This document shows, one piece after another, positions 13,269 to 26,442 of a stretch of 64,000 bases of DNA; position 1 is the stretch's first letter, and each line of letters opens with the position of its first letter. This stretch comes from Octopus vulgaris. Taxonomy: Eukaryota. The DNA is taken from contig OX597814.1 in the NCBI GenBank assembly GCA_951406725.2, positions 179,986,001-180,050,000 of the forward strand, written 5' to 3'. The notes beneath the pieces were generated by a model that did not search any database, was not told the DNA's origin, and worked only from the letters and a program-made list of their open reading frames with translations. Made by a program: the position numbers and the translations under genes.

Positions 13269-13673
13269 TTATGGTAGGGATACTTCAATATATTTATAAA
13301 ATAGATTCTGTATTCCGCGTATTGCTAGAAGTAAGAGTCGAAAAATACTCAAGCCACAAGAACATGGAAAATTTAACAAACTGACGAAATTCGAAATCGA
13401 GGAGCGAGTAGCAGCCAACCTACCATAGCGGGGGTAAATCACAAATGAATTTGCAGATATATCCATATCACGTAATTTCGAACTCTGAGTTCTCTTCAGT
13501 GGGTTTCGCTGCCTGGGGTTAAACTAATACTCGATTCGTCATGCTTCTTAAAATCGTCGAAAGATTGGTACTATCTTGTACCCTTAATTAAATTTACCGT
13601 TTTGGTTTTTATGATTACTAGCCACTTATATTATTATTATTTATTAATAATAATATCCTTATTTATGTACACA

Positions 13674-13713
<40 letters not shown>

Positions 13714-13720
13714 TATATAT

Positions 13721-13782
13721 ATAAAGTGATCACGTGATACATTATATATATATATATATAATGTATCACGTGATCACTTTAT
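13721..13782. repeat. Perfect palindrome around (TA)n
   Basis: ATAAAGTGATCACGTGATACAT-(TA)n-ATGTATCACGTGATCACTTTAT. Confidence 0.85.
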
Positions 13783-13878
13783 CGCCCATACTATTGGATG
13801 TTAATATACATCACAATGTGCTTCCCATCATTTTAGCTTTCGAATGATATCACCCCGTCGGCTAGACGAGCAGGCCCC

Positions 13879-13981
<103 letters not shown>

Positions 13982-14009
13982 TGCGTGTGCGCGTACGTGT
14001 GTGTGTGTT

Positions 14010-14160
14010 TGCCCTTCGGGAATAGGGAAAAAAAAAGAAGGAAAAGTATTTTAGGTTTCGAGTGAAACCCTTCGTCTGAAAGAAAGGAATGGCGAGGAGA
14101 GAAAAACGAAGAAAGGAAATGGAGAAGAGAATGCAGGTATATGTACAACCGTCACGAAAT
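14010..14160 (-). mobile_element. PLE-like terminal repeat fragment (family H3) with degenerate hammerhead
   Basis: Minus strand: CAGACGA-A-GGGT(TTC)ACTC-GAAAC-CTAAAATAC. Similar to 39100-39275. Confidence 0.45.
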
Positions 14161-15229
14161 TCTGAAATATACGGTATTTTAAATTACATTATGCTGTATT
14201 ATATTATGTTACAATGCATTGTATATACATAAATACATGCATATGTATATATAGGTTTTAACATACGTATAAAGATATGCGTTAATAAATTTAAGTTTTT
14301 GTTTATTTTTCATGACTTATAATAAAGCAAATTAAAATATTACCAAAAAATATATTTATTTTCCGAAAAATAAGTAACCATAAAAATACAGTTTATTATA
14401 ACTCTATGTTAAATCTTTTACGAAATAGATACTTTTTTTAAATTTCACTTATCCTTCTTCTTTCAACCATCCTACACGGATTTTTAATTGATGAACAGTA
14501 TTGCAGAGTTCAGCTTCAATAAATTCATTTGTTTCAATTATTATTTTTACTTTTTTGTTTTAGAGATTGTGTTTTCTTTTTTTTTTTTTTTTGACGGTTT
14601 TGTATAACCAACATTTTACAAAAGGTCTTGTAAAACTACATTATAGAAACCCTACATTAACTGATATTGATTCGATGCTTGCGTGTCCCAATGGATTTCC
14701 AATTTGTTGCCTTTCTAATGATTCTTTGACAACAACAATTCTATGATCTTCAATTGAAGATCATCCAGTTGAATGGCTTTAATAAAACTTGATCTTTTCT
14801 TTCGTTTGGGTGTGCATGCGCATGTGTGCGTATGTGTGTTGTGAATGTGTGTACTTGATTATTTTTCTGTAAAATATTCTATCGAATGCGTCATGGCACT
14901 TAAACTGAAGGAGCTGTTATGGGTCTATTTATAATCTTGCACATTAGGGGCTATCTCACTCTCATCATAACAATACAGAATCTCAGCAATCGAAAGACTT
15001 GTTTCCAAACTTATAATAACGTTCTAGAAAACAATACAAGCATGTATAGGTTCATACATATGTATGTATGTACGTATTTATGTATGTATGTACGTATGTA
15101 TGTACGTGTGTACGTATGTATGTATGCATGTACATATGCATGTACGTATGTATGTATGTATGTATGTATGTATGTATGTATGTATGTATGTATGTATGTA
15201 TGTATGTACATATGCATGTATGTATGTAC

Positions 15230-15260
<31 letters not shown>

Positions 15261-15335
15261 TGTATGTATGTATGTATGTATGTATGTATGTATGTATGTA
15301 TGTGTGCATGTATGTATATGTGCATGTATATATGT

Positions 15336-15915
15336 CAATATTCAGTTTAATTCAAGATTTCTTGCAAATAGAAAATGAACCGGTTTCTAACCTAGATCCA
15401 AGACTCCTTGATTGGAATTTTGATATCTACAACAGGGTATTTTTGTTTGTTTGTATGTACGTACGTATATAAGTATGTGCAGATTTGCATGTTTTATGTA
15501 TATATTCTCATGCATATCGTTGCATTTCTAGACATGCTCATATATATTTAAATGATAAACTTCTGGAAAGTTTTACAGATTTTTTGTTCCAGTGATGGTT
15601 TGGATCTGTAGTCTTCGAATTAGCTTTCTCCATTCTGGTTTTGAGAAGCTTAAATTCTCAAGATTGGTATTTAGACAGTGTGTTACATATTTCAGGGCCC
15701 CAATGATTACAGGTATAAACCTTAATTTGTAATCTGGATAGAGTAACTGCAGATTTCTCAATAGTTCAGCATAGGTGTTCTCTTTCATTGATCTTCAGCT
15801 TTATGTTATCATCCGCTGGGCAGCTAATTTCCACAACTGTACAGTTTCTCTTCTCTATCCCAAATCATCATATCAGGCCTGTTGTGCTTACATTTTATTG
15901 GGGTCTTCATTGTCT
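15336..15915 (-). pseudogene. RLE-type non-LTR retrotransposon 3' end (PD-(D/E)xK nuclease region plus 3' UTR)
   Basis: Minus strand KHNRPDMMIW..VVEISCPADDNIKLK..KENTYAELLRNLQLLYPDYKLRFIPVIIGAL. The 3' UTR recurs at 40790-41056 and, diverged, near 48400-48570. Confidence 0.75.
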
Positions 15916-15989
15916 CATTAATTCAGCAGAAATGTTTTGTTTTGCATCAATCATTGACATTTTTACATCAACTGCTTTATTTTTTGTTT

Positions 15990-16376
15990 TTCAATTGTTT
16001 CAGTCATAAGACTGCAGCCATGTTGAGTCATTGCCTTGAAGAAATTTAGTCGAACAAATCGATCGTAGTACTTTTTTTAAACCTCATACTCATTCTGTCA
16101 CTTCTTTTGCCGATCTGTTAGATTACAGGGACACAAACACTGGTTTTCATCGCCGACTTTCGAGCGATGCAGTAGGAAAAGACACGCACACACAAACACA
16201 TACACTCCCATATAAATATATATTACTACTTTCTATTTCCGTCTAATAAATCCACTCAGAAGGCTTTGGTCGGCCTGAGGCCATAGTAGAAAATACTTGG
16301 TCAAGGTGTCGCACAGTAGGACTGAACCCTTAACCATGTGGTTGGGAAGCAAACTTCTTATCGCACAACCATGCCA
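15990..16376 (-). mobile_element. SINE family B, diverged full-length copy
   Basis: Both halves alignable by eye to 62293-62761. Confidence 0.75.
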
Positions 16377-16629
16377 ACTATGCAACGAGTATCAATTACT
16401 ACTTACTTTACTTGAATCCTACATTTTCTCCGAGGTGTAGGCATTCAACGAATTTTTTTCTGCACTGTTCTAAGCCTGGGATGTTTTTCTGCTTTTTCAT
16501 CATTCCCTCAGTACCCTGTCTCTTGTTATTTTCGGGGCATTCTCACTTCTGCCTCATTTGCTGGTTTCAGGTCGGTGAAATGTAGGAACTTAGTTTTACT
16601 GCACCGAGTCATATTGTTTCCGTAAGGGT

Positions 16630-16830
16630 AGGCTTTCATATGCCAGATTTTGATTTCAGTTACTATGCACAGTTTCTTTTCTGTGTCACAGATATTTATA
16701 TCTGATCTCTTACACATATGGTTTATTGAAGCCTCCTTAGGAGTATTCCACCAGTATTCTTTCAGGTAATGTGTGATTGGGTCCTCCACATCACAGTGGT
16801 TTCTTAAATTTGTATCTTCGTGATTATACA
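16630..16830 (-). pseudogene. Second decayed RLE fragment
   Basis: YWWNTP...SDINICDTEKKLCIVTEI resembles the WWD..PDI..D..K.C.I.E region. Confidence 0.45.
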
Positions 16831-17339
16831 TTCTACAGCGCCCGTTATAAAACGTTTCTGGTATAATGTATTTATATATGTACGAATGTACGTACATACC
16901 TACATACATATGTACGAATACATGTATATATGTATAAGTATAACAAAACCTATAGAGATTTTTCCAATTGAAGATAGAATTCTATAATTAATTCTCGTTG
17001 TTTTGAACAAGTGCAAGAACGGAATAATCGCAGAAATATCATGCTAATGTCAGAATGACATCTTTGGTGGAACAATTTCACAAAAGATACCTCGAAACTT
17101 TGCAATTTGTTCTACTTCCGATTTGTGAATACAACTCCTTTCAAGACGAACAATTCATACGCTAATAATTTCATACATTAATATGTAAAGAAAGTATACC
17201 TCTGGAGAATCTGCTATATTTTTGTTATATTTTATTTTATTTCCATGCGTGGATTTTGTCTATAATCGATTTGAACATAACGGTAATTTCAGAGAAGCGA
17301 TCAGAAGAAAGGATTCTCATTGTTGTCGTTGCTACAGCA

Positions 17340-17378
<39 letters not shown>

Positions 17379-17471
17379 AGTTCATACATGTATGTAAGCA
17401 TGTAGCGCGCGTGTGTGCGCGAGCGTGTGGCTTGTGTATGCGTCTATGTGTATATGTATGGAAGTATGTAC

Positions 17472-17508
<37 letters not shown>

Positions 17509-17664
17509 GTGTGTGTGTGTGTGTATACATGTATATATATATATGTATATGTGTGTATGGGTGTTTACACACACATACGCATGCATATATATATATATAT
17601 ATATATATATACGTATATATATATATTTATACGTATATATATATATTTATACGTATATATATAC

Positions 17665-17744
<80 letters not shown>

Positions 17745-18458
17745 GTAAATATATATTTATACGTATATATATATATTTATACGTATATATATACGTATAT
17801 ATATATATATATATATATGTATATACACGTATATATACATGTGTGAATGTGTATTTTTGTACGAATATATACATGTATATATTGAGATATAGAGAGGAGG
17901 GAAAGAGAGAGACGTTATGTGTTCAGGTGTGTATGTGACATTGTAGTTAAAACCTAAACCTAGTTGTTACTTCCTAGATTATGCATTTAATGTCAAACAA
18001 CGCTTTAAAATATATCATATTATCTCATTGATATGAATATCTCGTAAGTAAATACTTTGTACGATAACAAGCATATCAAATCTTTGAATATGGAACATGC
18101 TTTGAAAGATGCATGAGAATTTTATGTAGTTTTCTATTTATGAACTGACAAATATTCTGATATCGTGTGTCTACGGGCCTGGTGCGATCTTCAGATTTAT
18201 TATTCCTAGATGTTTCTTGCCTTCAGCACATTTCGACATGGAGGATTTGTCGTTGTTGTTACTTGGTCCTAATTCAACTCTGGTTGAGTAGACTTATTAT
18301 ATACGCAAAGTTATTCTGTTTGTAACCATCGCGTCTTTCCCTTTTGTAAGTTGGGAGTTTATTTTAGGGAAACTGTTGTTGTTTTTAAGGAAATTGTTGT
18401 TGTTTAGGGAAATTATTGTTGTTTACTTCAAATCGAGTCTAACTGAATTTATCTATGA

Positions 18459-18852
18459 CTAGCAGTATAGCCCGGCGTTTCCTGGGTTTGTTTTCTTTTC
18501 GACACTTTAGAATTGAAATTTTTGAAAAGTAAAAATTTCGCATTATGTAGCTTGTTATTCTCTTTAAATGAACATTTTTCTGGTTGAAATACACCGAAAA
18601 ATGGTGACAGCAGTAAAAAAAATCATTAAAAAATAGGGATTTTCATAGAAAAAAAGCACCTTTTTGATGCAAATAATTTTTGGTGTTAACATGGTCCGAT
18701 TTGCATTTTATCTTCTACAGAATAAAGAGCAAGCCTTCTTCTATCATACTTTCAATTTTGGTCAACTTGCGCCGCAGGGTCTCGGAGGAGATAGTGTTAG
18801 TTGAAGGCTACCAAACCTGCCACACACAGACAACTTCAGCTTTATATAAAGA
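18459..18852 (-). mobile_element. Non-autonomous Helitron
   Basis: Minus strand has 5'-TC, a subterminal CCC..GGG hairpin and CTAG-3'. Inserted between A and T with no TSD; empty site preserved at 19097/19098; second copy at 57225-57595. Confidence 0.85.
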
Positions 18853-20559
18853 TTATGGACATTCCATCCGGGATCAACTATTTATAGCAGGAGATTTTGT
18901 TGGCTCGATATGTTGGTGCTAATTTAAAGTGTGAATATGCTGTATTCTCTCTCTCTCTCTCACACACACTCTTTCCCTCACACTCTTTCAATATCCCTTT
19001 CTTTCTCTCTCTTGTGCTCTCTTCCTGTTATTGTTGTTATCACGCCTGTTATTGTTGTTATCTACTTCAAATCGATTCTAATTAAATTTATCTATGATTA
19101 TGGACATTCCATCCGGGATCATCTCATCTTTTTTTCGAATATAGTATATCTAGTACTTCACTCTCAGACTTTTTAACTCGTTATGTGTGGCGTGTTTTAG
19201 AAGAGAATTTGCTATCATTGCTAACAATTCATGCGACTGTGTCGTCGCTGCAGGCCAGCAGAATCTGGCAGTCGCTACTGTGGAGATGAGCAAGATGGAG
19301 TCAGTCAGGATGAGCATTCGATACACGACGACTGACACTTTCTTATTACTATACTTAGCAGTAACTTCAACTACAGAAAATTTTCTAGATTTAAAATATA
19401 TTAAAACACATTAAAATAGATTGTTTTTGTTTTTTGGTTTGATTTTTTTTTTATATGATGTTCCATATAAACTTCACAAGTAAAAGAGAATACGTTACAA
19501 CTCCCGGAAATTTAAACACACCATTCAAGATCGAGAAGATAAATACGAAAGAAGGAATCCATTGGAGCTTCAATGAAATGAACTGATGCAAACATAATCT
19601 GCTGAAATTGGCAAATGCATTATTTAAAGATGAAGCGAGGGCGGTCAGATTGTACAAATAACTTTATTTGCCTGAATGAGTAACTCCTAAGAAAATGTAA
19701 TATCACTGTCCGAAATTTTGACAGAAAGGGAAGAGACGGTAAACCTGACTAAATTTTATGATATGAAGACTAACAAAGAGATGAGAATTCTTGATCAAAA
19801 TGTCTGTTTTAATTAAATGATATACGTAAAACTGCTACGTATTGAAACTTTAACTCAAATGAGAACTTCAGGGTGGGTTGCAAACAGGAAAAAGAATTGC
19901 CAAGCTGGCATGCAGTTTATCTTAATATGTATTAAGTTATTGCAGCATCCTCTAAAGATTCACGTGTATTAGAATCAGCGTGGGAAAAAACAAAGTTGTA
20001 TCTTAGGATCTAGAAACGAAAATGCAAAACTTAGAAATTTGAGACCGAAGAGGAAAAAATTTTCGTAAATTTGTTGATAGCGGCAAAAATATTTACAAGA
20101 ACAGCGAGGAAAGTAAGAAATAATATGACATTTATTTAAACAATATTGGTACAAACCAGAAATCTGTTAGAATTTAGTATAATTAGTTGAATACTCATGA
20201 AGGGTTGGAAGAAAATGACGTGTTTGACAATATTTGAACTGAAAATGTAGTCACAGTATTTATCAAAACATTAGCATATTGCATTGTCATATAAGTTTCC
20301 TTATAAAATAGGTTATCATTAGGGTTAGGGTTAGGGTTACCCGATGTCATCCACAATTAGGATATTATTTTCACTGGATCTATGTCAGGAAATCCGCAGT
20401 GATTGTTGAGATTATATATATATTGGCCTGCTCGCTTAGCCAGCGGGGTGACGTCATTTGAAGGCTAAAACTATGCGAAACGCATTGTGACCAGCGATGT
20501 GTAACAACATCTGATAGCCTGGTCGGTCACGGTGATCACGGTGATATATATATATATGT

Positions 20560-20608
<49 letters not shown>

Positions 20609-21071
20609 TGTGTGTCTGTGTGTCTGTGTATTTATGAGTTTGTGTATATACATATATATAATGCGTATACATACGTACATACATATTTACATATATAAAC
20701 ATAAACATTTATATATACGTATGTATGTATGTATGTATGTATGTATGTATGTATGTATGTATGTATGGTGTGTAGTCGGTAAAATGTGTTCTAAGCTTTA
20801 GATAATGTACACGTTTTGCCTTTATCAGTATGCCGTCCACCCTCAATTACGAATACATTTAAGACCTATTAAGCGACACAATGCAACCGCCGCCTTCGCC
20901 AGTATTGGACTTCTTCACTTATGAACTTAACGGTGGTCGACTTCCTAGAATAAAGTATGTATTATATAGAGCTGCGGTTCTTAACCATTTTTTGCCTGTA
21001 GATCCCTTTGATTCTTCTTTTACTCTAATGAGAATGCGGGATACTACTATATTACTAGAAATAAGAATTAA

Positions 21072-21436
21072 AACTCTTAGAGTCGCAAGAAAGCACATTT
21101 CCATATACTGACGGGAGAGGTAACCACCCCAATAAGTGAAGCTAGATTAACCTACCCTCAGTTACATTTCCTTATTAATTTTATTTTGCGTATAGTTGCC
21201 TTTGCTATTTTATCATTTTCACATTAGCATTTTGCAAAATCAGCCATAAATTCATATGATAAATATATGTACTGACAGTCAGGATTTAGCCACACCATTC
21301 AGCAGTGGAGTTGTCACTACTGACAAGCTTGTAATTTTCAAGCAAAACTAGTCTGGTAAAGTGATCTAGCGTCGTTTATTGGGGCAATGATCTTTCCTGT
21401 CAGAATGAAAATGTTTTCTTGCGACTCTAAGGGATT
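21072..21436. mobile_element. Kolobok-like MITE
   Basis: ~28-bp TIRs (CTTAGAGTCGCAAGAAA / TTTCTTGCGACTCTAAG), TTAA on both sides (21068-71, 21437-40), AA...TT termini. Confidence 0.6.
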
Positions 21437-21616
21437 TTAAAGTATATAAAGTATATATATATTAATATTATTAATAGTTAGGGAATATAAAAAATTTGAA
21501 GCCAACAGGGAAAAAATTTCAAATTAGCACACTAAATTAATTTCTATGTGGGTATTATAGGTAATATCTTTTCAGTATTCATTGAATAACTAAATAGCGG
21601 TTTGTCTCTAAATTAT

Positions 21617-21732
<116 letters not shown>

Positions 21733-21733
21733 A

Positions 21734-22100
21734 TAATAAATTAGAGACAAAACCACTATTATGCAAATCAATCAAAGAAAGACTTAAGCAAATACATAAA
21801 ATAATTTATATAAATTAAATTTAACAAATGAATAACCACTACGATCGTTTCGTGTCAGCACATCTTAGACATTCTTCAGATGTCTAAGATGTGCTGACAC
21901 GAAACGATCGTAGTGGTTATTTCATTTGTTAAATTTAATTTATATAAATTATTTTATGTATTGGCTTAAGTCTTTCTTTGTTTGATTTGCATAATAGTGG
22001 TTTTGTCTCTAATTTATTATAATATAATATTTAACTATAAATTGGATTCAATCTTAAATCTGATTTTTCCATGTAAATTTGGATTTATTCCCTAATATTT
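21734..22100. mobile_element. Fold-back PLE-like insert (~140-bp arms plus tail) in (TA)n, carrying a hammerhead core
   Basis: 21734-21872 and 21880-22020 are near-perfectly inverted; loop TCTTCAG. Minus strand: CTGAAGA-A-TGTC..GACA-C-GAAAC-GATC-GTA. Confidence 0.8.
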
Positions 22101-22102
22101 AT

Positions 22103-22152
<50 letters not shown>

Positions 22153-22155
22153 TAT

Positions 22156-22204
<49 letters not shown>

Positions 22205-22285
22205 TATATATATATACATAATATATATATACATATATATATATATACATAATATATATATACATATATATATATACATAATATC

Positions 22286-22318
<33 letters not shown>

Positions 22319-22593
22319 CGTGTGTGTGTGTGTGCGCGCGTGTGAGTGAAGGAGAAATGTACAGGTATGACTCCTTTACTATTTACCACACTTATAGAAA
22401 AGTATAAAAAATAGCACAGAAGCCTTGAGAATATGCGATAACAAGGACAGGTAATAAAATGGAAATAATCTGGAATATTAATCCTAAATACAGCGGCCAG
22501 CTGGCAGAATCGTTAGCCAGCTGGAGTTGATGTAATCAACTTACGCTGAAATTTCTGACCTTGCTCCAAAATTTAAAACCAATAGTAATTCTA

Positions 22594-24837
22594 AACAAGT
22601 GCACTCAGAGAGCGGAACCCTCCGCCAAGGCAATACCAACGTCTTGATTTCTTTTATTAGGCACAAGGCCTCTCATAAAGGTGGGGCAATACAAAGACAG
22701 ACAAAACAATACAGTGGGGTACACAAAACATATAGCGGATGAAATTATGAATAAATGATAAATGAGATGAAATGGCATACCTGCGAACCCCACCCAAGCA
22801 AGCAGTTCCATTTTACTGTTTATGTCTCACACAGTTCATTATTCATTTTTTTTCTCCATCATTTTTTGAAAAAGTCCTTATTTTAAAATTTCAAATATTT
22901 CACTTACTTTCCTTTATATTAGATATTCCACTATGTCATCAAATACCACCACCGGTGGAAAATCATTGAATCGAAACTGTAACAGTAATATAACTATAAT
23001 TTCTCCCCGAATATTTCCTTCAATCTTTCACACATCTCTTTTACGAGCAAGATTTCATTAAATCCTTCATTGCACTCCCTGGGCGCCATCTTCACACTAA
23101 TTACATTTTTCATTTCCGTGATCTTTTTTTTTTTTTTCAGTTTCCACATTTTTTCTATACTGTATCATAGTTCTTACTTGTTCACCCTTCAGTGTTACTT
23201 TCTGATTTCCATCACTAATCTCTTTTACTGTTGCTGGTGTTTCCATCTCTTTCTCCTCTGCTTGTCTATCGCTCTATGTTGCTGTCATTTCTCTTCCCTC
23301 TTCCTTTTTTTCTTGTCCTTTTAATTTCTCCTCTGTGCTAGTTGCTGGTAACGCTCTCTGTTTTCTCTCTTCGTCTTCCTCGCTTAATTTTGCCGACATC
23401 TCGTTTCTTTCCTGCTCGTTCGCTTTTCCTCCTTTTGGTAACCCTTGTTTCTCCTCAGCACTTCATTTTCTTTTATTCGTGGGACTCTTTGGTGGTGAGT
23501 CCGCGTTTTCTTGTCTTTTCTTCCTCTTCACCACTGTGTATCTTTCTTCCATATTTTCCACTGGCCTCTGCTCCTCTACGCCTTGCACTTCTACCTCTCC
23601 TTGCTGTTCCATCTCCGTCGCCTCCTCTTAGTGTTTCGTGTTTCTGGGGACACTTAGCTTTCATGTGTCCCTGTAATCACACTGAAAATATATAGGAGGT
23701 CTTCAGTCCACTACAACGAGCTTCGTCTCGTCCGGTAACACTAATTCCTCTGCAATTTTGTGGAGGTCTGGTAAACTGATGTGGACCGTCACCTCAAGGC
23801 CGTATCCCCAACTGTCTCCTCTTCTGTAATATAGATAATGGCTGCCACCAGCCAAGCCTATTCAATTTCTGGGAGCATTCTAGCAATCCTCACTCTGGTC
23901 GCACGTTTGCCACAGTATGTTGGTAGTAGTACCCACTCGGTTGATCTCAAAGGCACAGTGGAGTGTTTTATCGCTACTTTGTTCACTTGCGATACATACC
24001 TCCACTGTGCCATATTTCTTTCCTCTGGTAAAATACGTAGTTAGGCTTTTGATTTCTTTCAAGCATTCTTCGACTGCCTCTACTGCAGCTATTTCAACTC
24101 TTTTTGTAGCGATACACGGGGTTCTGTATATTACTGTCCTTTTTCTGCTTTTTTTTTCCATAATTTACTTGGGCGGCGCCAGCCTCAGGCTGTCTCCCTC
24201 CTTTTGTAACAATTCATTATATTTCTTAAAATTTGTATCGTTCAGTCGAATTTCTCTTGCAGAATATCAGCCGTTAGATTATTTCCAGTTACTGCAGCGT
24301 AACTGCCTGCTAGAACAGATTGACTTTCCATAATGTTGTTATTCACAACTTCACCCATAAATGGGGGAAAAAAAATAAAGACTCACATGTAACAATAAAT
24401 TTAACAATTCAGTAATACAACAATTAGGTGCAGTAGACCTTCAACAATTGAAACAACAAGACTCACATGAAGCGAACACGCATCAAATGCAACAGGAAAT
24501 CAAATTACTCGACTACAACACCTACGTTTTCTCAACGATTAGCCAGAGATGCTTTTTAAAATGAGAATATCTGAAATATACTCGACTGCTCTCACAAACA
24601 AGAATATTCAAAATGAACCCGATCGCTCTCAAACATTAAATAAAATTACAGAAAAAATAATCCAGAATTATTGTCCAGTACTGGATCGATCCCAAAATCT
24701 AATCAGTTCGTGGTAGTCACCACATCCTTGAAAGTTTCATCCGAATCCATCCAGCGGTTCTTGACATATCTTGTTCACTGACAAACAAACAAGCAGAAAA
24801 GACTGAAAACAACACCTCCTTAGCGAAGGGGAGGTAA
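22594..24837 (+). mobile_element. Helentron-associated non-autonomous element (HINE-like) interrupted by a ~2-kb retroelement
   Basis: 5' AACAAGTGCACTCAGAGAGCGGAACCCTCCGCCAAGG. 3' part 24626-24837 has AAGTTTCATCCGAATCC, (ACAA)n and a terminal hairpin ACCTCC..GGAGGT. Confidence 0.55.
22644..24625 (-). pseudogene. Decayed retroelement ORF1/gag-like coding region with CCHC-type knuckle and K/E/R-rich tail; no RT seen
   Basis: Minus strand MEKKSRKRTVIYRT..RGKKYGTVEV then RPPIYFQC.LQGHMKAKCP (decayed CX2CX4HX4C). Multiple frameshifts. Confidence 0.6.
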
Positions 24838-24839
24838 TA

Positions 24840-25430
24840 AGGCAGCAAGCTAGCGGGCTCGTTACCTTACTGGAATAAATACTTAGCGGTATTTCGTCTG
24901 CCGTTACGTTCTGAGTTCAAATTCCGCCGAGGTCGACTTTGCCTTTCATCCTTTCGGGGTCGATAAATTAAGTACCAGTTACGCACTGGGGTCGATGTAA
25001 TCGACTTAATTCGTGTGTCTGTCCTTGTTTGTCCCCTCCGTGTTTAGCCCCTTGTGGGTAATAAAGAAATAGGTATTTCATCTGTCTTAACGTTCTGAGT
25101 TCAAATTCCGCCGAGGTTGACTTTGCCTTTCATCCGTTCAGGGTCGATAAAATAATTACCAGTTAAGTACTAAAGTTGATGCAATCGATTAACCTTCCCC
25201 TGAAACTGCTGACTTAGTGCCAAAATTTGAACCAATATGAATTCTAAATGAAAAATATGTACATAATATTAAATTTACCATTATTTCGTCTGTCTTTACG
25301 TTCTGAGATCAAATTCCGCCGTGGTCGACTTTTCCTTTCATCCGTTCGGGGTCGATAAATTAAGTACCAGTTGCGCAATCGATCTAATCGACTGGCCCCC
25401 TCCGCAAAAATGTCGGGCCTTGTACCTAGG
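24840..25430 (+). mobile_element. SINE A cluster: diverged head, near-consensus 184-bp unit, older bodies
   Basis: Junction AAAGAAATAGGTATTTC at ~25062-25079, the same junction as in the 58272-59238 array. Confidence 0.8.
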
Positions 25431-25915
25431 GTAAAAAAGAATATTAAATTTGCCATAATATTAAAGTTATGTGAGTTGATTACAGGCTTTCTGCGAGTCA
25501 ATCGTCGAGTATATTTCAGATATTCTCATTTTAAAAAGCATCTCTGGCTAATCGTAGGTGTTGTAGTCGAGTAATTTGATTTCCTGTTGCATTTGATGCG
25601 TGTTCGCTTCATGTGAGTCTTGTTGTTTTAATTGTTGAAGGTCTACTGCACATTTAAGATAGCTACAGCAACAAAGAAGAGTATACTATTTTACTCTTTT
25701 ACTGTTTCAGTCATTTTGACTGCGGCCATACTGGAGCACCGCCTTCAGACGAGCAAATCGACAACGGGACTTATTCTTTGTAAGCCTAGTACTTATTCTA
25801 TCGGTCTCTTTTGCCGAACCACTAAGTTACGGGGACGTAAACACGCCACCATCGGTTGTCAAGCGATGTTGGGGGGGACAAGCACAGAAACACAAACACA
25901 CACACATATATATTT

Positions 25916-25958
<43 letters not shown>

Positions 25959-26041
25959 GGTCCCGGGTTGATTCGGGGTTAACCACAGTAAATAAGGTAC
26001 TCAATACATAGCAGAGTAAAATTAATTTATTATATAGAAGG

Positions 26042-26092
26042 AGCTTCTACAGGACTAGAACTGTTTCATTCAAGAGAAATCATCAGGAAGCT
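26042..26092 (-). ncRNA. Type I hammerhead ribozyme (H1)
   Basis: Exact reverse complement of 562-612. Confidence 0.8.
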
Positions 26093-26391
26093 AGTTAACA
26101 AGAATTGTATGGGCATTTATACATTTAGGCAGGTTTAAAGGGGTGGTGGTGGTGGACTTTTTGGGGGTAGGCATGGCGCAAAAATATCATACTTAGGGGA
26201 GTGGTCAAGGAGTCAGTGGTAAATTAGATAAAACAATAAATAAAAGAATAAAAAAATATATAGAAGAATAGAGTTTTAGGTAAATAAGGAGATTCTCACT
26301 TATACATATACACATATGTATATATATACACACACACACACACATATACATACACACATACATACACACACATATATATATACATATATAT

Positions 26392-26442
<51 letters not shown>

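Noticed and set aside
20318-20339. (TTAGGG)3 telomere-like repeat
   Set aside because: Too short to call an interstitial telomere; likely a subterminal motif of a decayed DNA element (19150-20400, unassigned).
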